A stretch of 64,000 bases of DNA from the human T2T-CHM13v2.0 reference genome, Homo sapiens. The notes below the pieces were generated by a model. It was not told the origin of the DNA. It was given only the letters and a program-made list of their open reading frames with translations, and searched no databases. Shown piece after piece: positions 42,566-55,268 of the stretch (within the stretch, counting starts at the first letter, position 1; every line of letters begins with the position of its first letter). The stretch lies in assembly GCF_009914755.1 (NCBI RefSeq), contig NC_060930.1. The stretch is one strand, 5' to 3'. Position numbers and translations under genes: made by a program.

Positions 42566-45500
42566 AGTTTAAAGAAACAGCTACTTTGTTTCTTTGACAA
42601 GGTCTTAACAAGGACTACCCTGAAGAGGCCCCCTCTGAAAGGTTTTATTTATACAAACATTGTCAGGAAAAGGAGGTCAGGACACTATCTCTACCAAGAA
42701 GCAGGAAAGTATAAAAACTTTTAAAAAATCTCCATGCCTTATCCCCCATACACATATCCCCCATACACACACCCTAATACCTACTTGTGAGTAGAACAAA
42801 TTGCTTCCCCACAAAATGCTATGAAGTTGATTTCTCTGAAGATTTCAATGTAATTAAATAAATATTCCTAGTTTCATAGATGATAGTGTAAAAGATTTCA
42901 ACATTTTTAATTCATTGGCTACAATTTTATAAATGTAAAAATTATGAATTATACTATGATTTAACTATAGCAGGTACTACAATGTACGTGTTGTGAAATG
43001 TGGCATCTATTAACCAACTAATTATGTAGCCTTCAAAGTTAGATTAAAAGAGCTGTGTAAAAGGTGATTCTCTAGGCACTGCTGAAGCTGCAACTGCAGC
43101 TTCAGGCTATAGTACTATCATAATCACTAAGAAAACAGCATTTCTATGGCTAGAGGCTCCACTGGTCGAATTATGGTTGTCACTCTTGCCCAAACCCTTT
43201 TTTTTTCACCAGCAGGGGCCCCAGGCAGTTTGAAAATCCTTCTGTTGTTACTGTTACTAGTTTAACCACTCTTCAGTTATTAATTTAGCAAGAATTTATT
43301 GAGCACCTATTGGTGAAAGGTACCACCTTGGCTCTGGAGACACCACAGTGTGGAAAAACACACTCTGTGGGCAGAGAGTCTGCCGTCTGCTAAATGAGGA
43401 CCAGTATCTTTTCCTTGGGCCATGAGGGTCCCTCTCCCGGATCGTGGTTCCAATCACAGCCTGAGGGCCAGGAGGCTGGGACCTGGTTTGGGCCAGAACT
43501 TCTTCATAAGGATTAAGCCCTCTCTCCCCTTTACCTCCAGAGGTTGGAAACATCTTCCCCTGTAGCAAGGCAGTCACCTTAAAGCTGCCTCTACTTCCCG
43601 TTACTCCTGCTACTTCTCCGACCCTTCTCACTACCCTCTAGTTGTTTTAACTCAGTCATGGGGATCCTTGACACATCCAGACAGAGAGAGAGAGAAGGCC
43701 TAAATTTCCACAAGCAGTAGCGACTTCCCAGGTACATAAAGTCCCATCCTTCAAGGAAGAGGATGTGTGGTTCCAACCTGAATACAGGTTCCTAACTTGG
43801 TAAGTTGAAAACAGCATGCTGCACTCTGGCTACCTCCTTAAAACAATAACCATATCCTTTGTGGAATTATTATAGAAGTAATTTAACATGGAAGGAAAAT
43901 CATTGCATTAAAAAGATAATTCATTTAAATATTAACTTTGGGAGCATATCTATCTATGGTAAGGGCTTTTCTTACATAACAGGATTCTCACTGGAAGAGG
44001 TATTCACTATATTTTAAGATTCCAAGAGGCCTGGACCATATGGAAGGCTACAGAATAACAGCTCAAATTTTATTGTGCATTATGATTTCTAAAACATTTC
44101 CACATCAATATGAGCTTCTAAACTGTATGAGGTAAGTAAGGCCAAACAGGTCTCCATTGAACTAGGAAACACTAGAAAGGTCAAGTGACTGGTTTGAAGC
44201 CACACAACTAGTTATAATGTTTAAACTCATTTTTCCTTCAGAAAAATTCACGGTCCAGCTAATCAGAAACATCAGCACCAAATACTTGCAGAGCTTTTTA
44301 CAGCAAATGAAGCACTTTTATGCATTATGTACACTTTGACATAATCTTTTAACTTTTGATCCTAATATCTCATGCATAGCCAGGGTTGCATCATTTCTTT
44401 TTTGAGTTAAAGTGACTTCACTCCACCCACATCCTTGGATGCAGAATAAAGCATTCATTGCATCACAGAGGCTTCTCAGAACCCCAAAGTTCATTGTCCA
44501 TGGGCCCTTGGGGACTGGATTATAAAGTCAAGTCCTACTCTCCAGTCAGTTTCCTGAAAATATGTTTGGATCCTTGGATGAGAAAGTCCTGCCAAATCTC
44601 AAATCCTCCCTTTTATCTTTTGATGGGATTGTCAGTTCTTTAAACAATCACCTTTCCCCGGGATTTTGACAAGAGATATGAACTTGAACATGGGATTTAA
44701 AAAATGTTTCTCTGCCATATGAAAGAGTTTTGCAGACTTACTAGAAAGCACAAAAAAGTCTTTGATTATTTCTTAAAGCAATATATGCTTATTAAAGAAA
44801 CTAGAAAAGTAGTAAGAAAAGATAATCCTTGGATCCATCAGTAAAATAAAATCCCTGTTAGGGAAAAATAAGGCTTATGTCAAAATATTGTCAATGATAA
44901 AAGGTGTAGCAGTGTCATGTAAAGATTCCTGAAAAAACAGATATTGTAAACTAGAAATTTTAAGCAGCCTAGTATTTTATTCTTTAAGTTACAAAATCAA
45001 CCGTCTGGCTCAGTTTACAGGAGTACCGAGAATGACATTACACTCCCTTCTGACATTATATTATGTAGGTAATTTGATGTTGTTGTGGCTGATACTGGCT
45101 CATTAATCCAAGCCAATGATACATTGTCTCTCATGTTGAAAGAATTGCATGGAATGTTTCTCCTGAATCAAGCTCTCAGAGAGGACTGTGCTAGAAATAC
45201 CTTTACTGGAGGTAAGGACTGGCCTGCTGAACCTGTGAGTATGTGGATTCATTGTCAGTCCTTCCACAGTGACCACTGCTGGATACCAGGCTCTGTTCTA
45301 GGCACCTGGGATACAGGAATGAATAAAACACACAAATTCCTGCCCTTATGGAGAAACAATGAACCAAATCAATAAATTATATATTAGAAGATAACAGTGC
45401 CAAGGAGAAACAGAGAGCAAGGAAGAGAGATAGACTGGAGAAATTGGTAAGTGTGCCATTTTAAACAGGATCAGGGAAGAATACCAAAAAAGGTGATGGA

Positions 45501-46951
45501 GCCAGCTCTGTTTCTCACCCAGGCAAAGGGAAGAAGTGCAAGGGCTCTGAGCCTAGGGCATGCCAGGAATGGCCAGGAGGGAAAATGCAGAGAGGGAAAA
45601 TACAGCAGAAGATGAGGACAAGTTGTATAGGTCTTGTGAAGAATTGCTTTTACTGTGACTTTGGGAATGGGGTATGTGAGGAAGAATTCTGTCCAAGGAA
45701 ATTCAGGGTAGCTATCTATCGATATGGATTAATTACTAATTGCACATTACTTTGCCTTTAGGAAATAGAGCAAATTCTGTTTCCTGCAATATGCACAAAA
45801 CCAGATTGACATCAAGTTATTCCATGTGTAGGCCGGGCCCAGCAAACTCTGTGTTCCTGTGGCCACACTCTCATGCTTGCAGAATTCTTCCCAGATTCCT
45901 CCCAGAGCATTTTTAAAGTGCCCAGAATGTTGACCTCTGCTTCTGACATAGGCTTTGAATGTTTTCTCATTCTTTGGACACTAGTTTGTACTCTGGATAA
46001 TCCTCTGGGCAGAAATGACATGACATGTCTAAGGCAGAGCCTATAAATTGGGGATAATAACAGTTTACATTATCTAGTACTCACCACTTGCCAAGAACTG
46101 AGCTGAGCTGTTTTCCTAGATTCCTTCATTTAACCCTCATAGTAGCCCTGTGAGGTAGGCACTAATACTGCCTCCATTTTGCAAATGAGGAAACTGAGGC
46201 ATAAAGTAAATTTGCCCACAACTACCTGGCTCTTAAGTAATGGAATCTCACAGACACTCAGGCCTTTGAATCCAGAGTCTATATTCTTAGCCACTAAAAT
46301 TAAGTGAATGTAGAAGATTCTTTCCTCTAACTTCTCACATTGTCACTTGTGTGAACCATAAAAAGTTTAAAATTAAGAGGGAAGTGTAATGTAGATTTCC
46401 ATCTCCCCACCCCTGATAAATGAAGTAAACCTAAGGATGCAGTTCTCATTTTATTTCTAGACACTTTAGCCAAGCAAAAGTCCTTATACTGTTATTGTCG
46501 AATGGTACCAAGGCTGAGATTCCTAAGTGTATTTTGTGCTAGAATACAACATGGCGCTACTCACATTACAATCTCAGAAGCCCTCTGTAATGACCTGAAG
46601 GATCTGAAGGACAGAAACTCACTTTAAGAACCACTGACTTCAAATTATTTTTGCATGCTTCTCTAATGTTTATAAAATGACTCTAGTGAATACTTTCTCA
46701 TCTTTAGGACCTTTTAATATATCTTATTCCTCATTAAAATAAATTTGAGCATGATTCCAGGCTAAACAAATTTCTTAAAGACAGCAATGGCAACATGCAA
46801 AATATCTCCATCTAGTGTTTTCTCTTTTCTAAACAAGAACAAATTATCTTGGAATCTGACTAATTTTGCTCCAGGAAAAATACCTTTGCACACAGTACCC
46901 GGCACAAAGTTTGTGTTCGGAAAGTGCTAGTGGTAATCACACAGTCATTAT

Positions 46952-47253
46952 TTCTTTTTCTATTTTTTTTTTTTGAGATGGAGTTTTGCTCTTGTTGCCC
47001 AGGGTGGAGTCCAGTGGCGCAATCTCAGCTCACCACAACCTTTAGCTCCCAGGTTCAGGCGATTCTGCCTCAGCCTCCCTAGTAGCTGGGATTACAGGCA
47101 TGTGCCACCACGCCCCGCTAATTTTGTATTTTTAGTAGAGACCAGGTTTCTCCATGTTGGTCAGGCTGGTCTCGAACTCCCACCCTCAGGTGATTCGCCC
47201 GCCTCAGCCTCTCAAAGTGCCGAGATTACAGGTGTGAGCCACCGCACCTGGCC
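46952..47253 (-). mobile_element. AluS (Sp-like)
   Basis: Antisense Alu; TSD cacagtcattatttct. Confidence 0.93.
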
Positions 47254-47653
47254 CACAGTCATTATTTCTATCACTTCACGCTGAGCAGGGTGTTGTGAGT
47301 TCTGCACAAATTCATCCACACTCTCCAAGGGCTCCCAGACGTCTCTCACCAGAACAGGAGCTCTCTGTCCTTGGGAGGGATTTTTCTCCACCCACAACGG
47401 AATAAGATGTAGTTCATCTTCCCTGGGAAATGGGGGATTTCTTGCTTTCCTCCACATTCCTTCCCTGACATTCAGTCTGCATGATCAAAGACTCTCTCAG
47501 GCATCAGGAAGAACCTTCCATTGGTACACACACACACCACCCAGACATTCTGGCAGCACCGCCCTTTCTCACTATGGTCCCCAAGTGTTCTCAGACTACA
47601 GAAGAAACCCTACTGGTCCACATACTCATTTTTTCTACCTTTTGATTCCCATC

Positions 47654-48129
47654 TATTATGTGTTTGTGTCCCTTAGATATATTGAAGTCCTAAACCCCGC
47701 TGCCTCAATTAGTGACCTTATTTGGAGACAGGGTAGTTGTACATGTAAGCAGTTAAGATGAGGTCATACTGGACAATCTCTTAATTCAATATGACTGGTG
47801 TCCATATAAGAAGAGGAGAAGACACAGAGGAAAGACAGCCATGTGAAGACACATAGACACACACAGGGGACAGCATCATGTGACAATGTAGGCAGAGATG
47901 GGAGTTATGTATCTGCAAGCTAAAGAGTGCCAAGGATTTCTGGTAATAAGCAGAAACTGGGGGATGGGGTGTGTGGGTTAGGGTGGCGGGGCAGGCAGAG
48001 AGAGAGAATGGCCTTGCCAGCACCCTGATTTCAGACTTCTAGCCTTCAGAACTGTGACAGAAAAAAAATTCTTTTTAAGCCACCCAGCTTGTGGTACTTT
48101 GTTACGATGACCCTAGAAAACTTAATACA
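47654..48129 (+). mobile_element. MLT1 (MaLR) LTR
   Basis: gtgaccttatttggagacaggg...ttaagatgaggtcatactgga...ttttaagccacccagcttgtggtactttgttac...ctagaaaacttaataca. Confidence 0.82.
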
Positions 48130-48741
48130 GCATCCCAGGGCCAACCTCAGTTTTAACCTCCCTATGAAATTGACAGTTTTTTCTAACCAGTGGCTCTTGG
48201 TCTCTCAACTCAGCAAGCACAGGTAGAGAATGGGACACGAAGACCCCTCCCTTCCCCCCCATCTATACCCTATTAAAGGGAGAAATGGGATTTGCAGATC
48301 TCAGCAGAGATACAGATGGGAAGCTTATCATGTGTGTGAATACAATAGAACCTCTGTGGTAGGGAGTTAAGTACAGAGAAAATGTTGTGAACAGCCAGTT
48401 TCAGTGTGGCTGTGTTTCCCATCTGAGTCTACCCTGTGTAAGCAGGTGCTCCTGGGTTGCACCTTGGCAACTTCCCACCTGGGTCTTTGCCTCTACTCTT
48501 GGTACTCACAACCAACTCATCTACCTGCAAGCACCTTCATCTTTGGGTGCAAAGGTTTTATATTCACCGTCTGCCTCGCATTCTAGTGGTGATAAAAAAA
48601 ATAGTAAACCAAACAAATAGGGAAAAGACCATGGCTCCACGGAAAGCTCCAGCCATCTAGCCTCCTCTGTGGCCCACCAGAAAGCTGTTGTGCTCTTTTC
48701 ATAAACTCTACGTTGAAAAGAGATTAGATGCCCTCCTACCC

Positions 48742-48788
48742 TCTAAAAGGATCTGGGTGTGTGTGTGTGTGTGTCTAAAAGGATCTGG

Positions 48789-48864
<76 letters not shown>
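48742..48864. repeat. Compound (GT)n/(GTGTAT)n microsatellite with duplicated flank
   Basis: TCTAAAAGGATCTGG+(GT)n occurs twice in tandem, followed by GTGTAT units. Confidence 0.95.
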
Positions 48865-48865
<1 letters not shown>

Positions 48866-51800
48866 ATATTTATTCAGAGTTGGTAGGTGGGGGGTGGGTA
48901 AAAAGGAAAGAAAGACTTAACTCACACAAACCAAACCCTTCTACATGTTGCATTCTCTAAAGTGCCCAACATATTTCCCTACCCCCCTTTTCTCCTTTCT
49001 TTTTACCTTAATCTGTCTTTAATTTTCCATAGTTTTTCCAATTCCCAGTCACTGACCAAACTGTCCATTCACCATGCTCCCCCAGACAATGGTAATAGCA
49101 AACAGTCAGTGAGCGCTTACTATGTGCCAGGCACTACAGTAAGTGCTAACATATATGAACTCATTTAATGCTCACAACAACCTTGTGAATTGGGAATAAC
49201 AATTATTATTCCTGTTTATGGCTATTAAAAGGTTTAAGAAACTTCTGCAGGGTCACAGAGCTGGTAAGTGGTAGGATTTGCAACTCTGCAGTCTGACTCT
49301 GCAGTCCATAATATTTTATTTTTATTTTTTTATTACGAAAAACCTTGAGCATATACAAAAGTAGATAGAATTGTATGATGAATTCCCATGTAATCACATA
49401 CACAATTATCAAATCATGGGGAATCTAGTTTCATCTACATCCCTACTCACTTGCTTCTGTCCATATTATTTTGGACATTATATAATTATATAATATATAC
49501 TATCTCATATATTATATAAGATATTATATAATATCTATAATTTTATAGATGTTATATAATTTTTCCTACAATACATGCTTTTTATGTATCCTTAAAAGAT
49601 GAAGACTCTTTACACAAGAATACAATATCATTATCATGTCTAAAAAACTGAAGAACAATTCCTTACCATCAAATATCCTGTGTTTGAATTCCCAATGGTC
49701 TCACAAATGTGATAATTATTTCAAAGTATTTAGTTTAAATCAGGATCCCAATAGGACCCACACATTGCAATTGGTTGACTTTTTACTTAAATCTCTTTCT
49801 AATTTATAGGTTTCCCTTCTACCCCAGTCTTTTTACTCCTTTCCAATTCAGTTGTTGGCCAAACAATCATTTGTCCTGGAGAGTTTCCTACAGTCCACTC
49901 ACTTTACCGCTACATCATTCTGCCTTTGGGGTACTATATTGTAGACTTTTCATTCCATAGATTTTAAAGAGGGGAAAACTCAATGAAGTGATTTCTAGAC
50001 TCACTGGAGCTTTCATGAACTACATGAAATTATAAGTACATGTGAATGTGTGCATTTTAGGGAACCAAAGTCTAAAGCTTTTACAAGATTTTAAAAATGA
50101 TCCCATGACCCTCAAACAATTAATGGTCATTAGCTCTGGTCCTGGCTTTTCATTTTAGAGATGAAAAGCAGGAGACTTGGATAGGTAAATTGTCCAAACT
50201 CACACAAATATTCTTAACAGGACAGGAATGTGGCTCTCAGGACCTAACCTGTTCTACTTTCTGTTTCATGCTGCATATGTGAAAGGGGAAAAGGAAAGTG
50301 GTTTGAGATGCTCAATAGAAGGTGTCAATTTCCCTATTGTTTCAAAGTTGCCATTTACCTGAATTAATGAATTCACTTCTTGTCCACATTTGGAATCTAA
50401 AACTCTAGTCAATGTTACTACCACAACATTCTCACACTTCTCTTTCTCCGTACTATTGAGAGCTTTATTATGCCAGAGATGTCTCACAAGCAGGATGCCA
50501 AGATCAATGATCTGTCCTGAGCTAAATGAGGACTGTCTTTCCTAGATGTCAGAGGATTGAGGTGGAGTGTAAGAAATACTCAATTGGGAACCAGTCATTA
50601 ATTGATAGTTCCTTGATCTCTTTTGGTCTGGAGATTTCTCATTAGTAAAATGAGCTAACCGGACTGTGTCAATTACTTTTCAAGCATTTTGACTGTGATC
50701 ATGATATACTCTCACTATGAATGTATATGTATGTATATATCTTGAAAAAACTTTCACTGAATTATTCTTACAAACAAAATGGAATGCATCTGGATAGTTT
50801 CTATTCTATTCTTTTTTAAAAATAATTCTCGTTGTGGTCACAACCTATTAAGTTGATTTGAAGAACTGCTAAAGGAAATCTGCAGCAGTTTGAAAAATAC
50901 TTTCCCACGTGACCGCTGAGTCATTCATTCATTAACTGTAGTAGGTCAGTAATTTTCCAACTATTTAATGGACATCTATGTAGTGCTAGGCACTGTGATG
51001 AGAGTTAGGAAAATGGCAATGAAAAAATGAAGACCATCTTCTTATGACGCTTATATCCTGTGAAGTATGTTCCATCAGCTTTGACAAGGAAAGAGAATTC
51101 CAACGGAATCAGCTAAAGCTATTGAATAGGTTTGACTTAAGGGAGGAAAAAGCAGCAGAAATACAGGTTTTTCCAAACCCCAGGCAGGAGCCCACATCAA
51201 GACTAAAATAGTCTAGACCCAAATGATGTAATTTTTGTGTCAAATGAAGATCTCCTGTGGATCCTAAATCTAATCACTGGATGTTTCTCCTTTTCCCATA
51301 CTTTGCAAAGATCGAAGTGGATGACTGGGCCCTCTTTTTAGATAAAATATTTCAGAGGCCATGGAGTGATGGAAAGGAATGCTAGAGAGCACTCTGACTG
51401 AGGGACACCCCCTGGCCATATTCACGTGCTCACCACACCCCCAAGTACCTGCAAAACCTGCAGGTATGTAATTGGTTGTTTTCTTTTCCAGAAATTTTGC
51501 TGTACCATTTTTACCCAGCAGAGGGAAGCAGAACACCAAATCACTGCAGAAGTAATCCAGGACACATGCACACACAGCCCTTTGGTATTTTTTGTCCTGT
51601 GAATTTAGGTATTATAGAATGAGAATGTCACAGTTTTGAAAACAAATTCTGGGTAAAGTCAGCTCTGGGCAAAATGCTGAAAGAGGAGAGGTTTATTTTA
51701 GCTGACTGCTTATGGCCTGTCCCATCAGGATTGCCTGGAAGACATTACCCAGCCCACAAGGCCCTCTTTCAGGCTTGGCTCCTGGCAGTCTGACCTTTCA

Positions 51801-51987
51801 ATTTTTTTCCATTCCCCAAGTTTTGGAACACCTGCTAAAATCATGCAATATTTCTGTGGTCTTCTGAGTCAGGCTTTATGCAATGGCCTTTCAATCATGG
51901 CATTTCCTACTTTAGCTGCCAGGAATGGTCAGTTTCCTGCCCTCTTTTATATATTCCACTAAGTGGGAAATGGTGGGTACAAACTGA

Positions 51988-52265
<278 letters not shown>

Positions 52266-52831
52266 ATACAAACTCTTAATCACAGCAGACCTTCTGAGGA
52301 TCCAGGTACCTTTCTGAAGCCCTGCCTTTCCTCCCGCCCCACTTCTTTACAGACTTGTCCCTGTGCCTTTTAACACTAATGCAGTACGTCTGACTTCCCC
52401 TCCTCAGAGATGATAGCATTTTTAGGAGGCCATAGACCAACAGAAGTTGTCTTCATGCATTTCTGGGGTCCGAAAGTAGTTAAAACACACCCCTTAGCCA
52501 TTTAACTGGCGTGCTTTTCTGGAAAGAAAGGCATGAGCAGAGGGCACTCCTCAAATAGAAACAGATGCGATAATGGACAATAGGCTTAGGCATGACTCAG
52601 CCTTTCCAGCTCCACACGCTCCTTCCCTACCCAACCCAGGAATATAGATCCAAGTGCAACCATGCACTTAGTCAAGAAGAGCTCTTCAAAGTGTGTCCTA
52701 ATGCCATGAAATTTACTTTTAATAAGAGAGTGGGTAGGGAGGGATCATGGAACTTCTAACAGTTTAAGGTTATCATGAAGAGTCAGCAAAAATTACAGTA
52801 ACCAGTGATTCTGGGTAATCAGCGTCAATGA

Positions 52832-53188
<357 letters not shown>

Positions 53189-54260
53189 AAACTTGCCATC
53201 TTGACATATTCCTCCAGTGACTGGCATCCATCCTCAGTTGGTGTCTAAGGTATAATACAACGGACAGGTACTTTAAAAGTTTTCAGTAACTTCCACAATG
53301 CTAACCAATGTTTGAGGAATATGATTACATTTATTTTTTTTAAAAAAAAGCAAGTTTTGTAAAAAGCACCAAAGGCAAAAAAACTTCATTGAAGTTTTTA
53401 AAAAATGTATTAAACTGCTGCATTAAGGTAATGTACTTACAGAAAAAGAAAAAGAGGTTTAAAAAAGGACAAGAACAGGAAACAGATGTAGTAAGGGGAG
53501 AAGAGTTAGAAAGGAAACTCTCTGGGCAGGGTATGGTAAGCAGGCATCAATAACTGCCTCAGGTGCCACTTAATGCATTCATGTCCTGGGCCTCCTGAGC
53601 GTCACACAAATTAGTGAAACCCAACAGGGGGATTTGCTCTGACAAGCAGCAATAAAAGTAAAGCTGCTGTCTGTATTGGCAGTAAACTACCTGTGACACT
53701 GAGATATGCCTTCTGTGTCTGGCTTATTACTCTATCATGTTCCTAAACTGGCTTGTCACAAACGCGTTACAAAAATCAGATTCCTGGCCTCCATGTCAGA
53801 CCTAATGAATCCAAATCTCTCGGCACGTGGGTTTTGATTACTTTTTATTTTTAAGCTCCTCAGCAATGATGGATAGCTTTCTCCCCCCCCCCCCCAAAAA
53901 AAATGTTTCAGGAATAGGATTATGTTTCTTTTAAGAAAAAATAATTTAAGCAAGTTTTGTAAAAAGCATCAAAGGCTATACCTATGATGCTGACAATATT
54001 TCACCTCACTTATCTGCTTCTTTCCCAAGACTTAGTCTTTCTCTTTGAAGGAGCTGTGTTCCTCCTAGTGGTTCTGATCTTTTTCATTGCAGCTGCAGGT
54101 ACAAACGAGGGATTGAGGTGACCACCCTTCAACCTGCAGCTCTTCAGTCAACAAAAATCAAGTACCTATCAGAGTGCACCCTGCCCTGCAGCACATATTC
54201 AAGGCTTTCCCTACAAAAACAAAGGTGTTTAACCGAAGGGATTGATGGTAGAATAAAGAG

Positions 54261-54502
54261 AGCTGGGCGCGGTGGCTCATGCCTGTAATCCCAGCACTTT
54301 GGGAGGCGAGGTGGGCGGATCGCTTGACCCCAGGAATTCGAGACCAGCTTGGGCAACATAGTGGGACACTATCTCTACGGAAGGAGGGAAGTAGGGAAGG
54401 AAGGAAGGAAGCAAGGAGGGAAGGAGGTACGGAGGGAAGGAGGGAAGGAAGGAAGGAAAAAGAAAAGAAAGGAAAGAAAGAAAGGAAAGAAAGAAAGAGA
54501 AA
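54261..54502 (+). mobile_element. FLAM/Alu left monomer followed by a GA-rich (GGAA/GAAA) tract
   Basis: Monomer 54261-54378; purine tract 54379-54502. Confidence 0.85.
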
Positions 54503-55105
54503 GATTGATTTTAAAAAAGAGTTAAAAGGGGAAAAATACAATGTGGCAGTGGGAGAATTAAGGATGAGATGATTGCATTAGTTCATTGACCATCCCTGAG
54601 CAACAGAAACACAATCATGGGTAATCCTCGGCCCCTGCCTACAAGAAGCATGGGTCTAGTTTAGTAGCACTGCCAACTGGACCGACCATTTACACTTCTG
54701 TGTGAAATGGGGCAGAGCGGGGAGAAAAGAGTGCCTGAGCTCACAGCGTTGGCGGGGCGCAGTGAGGTCCGCCAGGACTAGGTGGAAGGAGAGAAGGAAC
54801 GTCCCTCTCTGCAACTCATCTAAGGGCCTGCTCGGACCCCGGATCTCACAGCGAGAACTACCGCCTCGCTACACCCGCCTTTCCCCGCGCCACCCAACAG
54901 CTCCCACGTCTCATCCTCCGGGAGCGGGGCGGGGCGAAGCGGAAGAGGAGGGGCCGACACAACCACGCCCACTAGCCGCGCTCCAAGGCCGCGGCCCACT
55001 TACCGCGAGAACGCGGAGTCCTGCGGATGGCGCACGCGCAAACCTCCTGTGATGCCTGCGCCTCCTGGCCCCGCCTTCCGCTCGTGGGAGTTCCGGATGT
55101 TTAGC

Positions 55106-55157
55106 GTTACCATGGATCCTGGAGGTGCCCGCGAACACTGCTTGTCGCCTGGGCAAC
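55106..55157. promoter_or_regulatory. Tandem RFX X-box motifs
   Basis: GTCGCC-TG-GGCAAC (55144-55157) matches GTNRCC-N0-3-RGYAAC. GTTACCATGGATCC (55106-55119) is a second, more degenerate X-box. Confidence 0.75.
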
Positions 55158-55205
55158 CGGAGAGGACGAAGCAGGACCTAGGTGGCGGCGGTGGTACCGG
55201 CTGCA

Positions 55206-55268
55206 ATGGTGTCCAATCCCGTGCATGGCTTGCCCTTTCTTCCGGGCACGTCCTTTAAGGACTCTACG
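55206..55268 (+). CDS. EFHC1: EFHC1 (myoclonin-1, Rib72 homologue) coding exon 1, aa 1-21
   Basis: GCAATGG start; translates MVSNPVHGLPFLPGTSFKDST; donor ACG|GTGAGC; 63 nt, phase 0. Confidence 0.96.
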
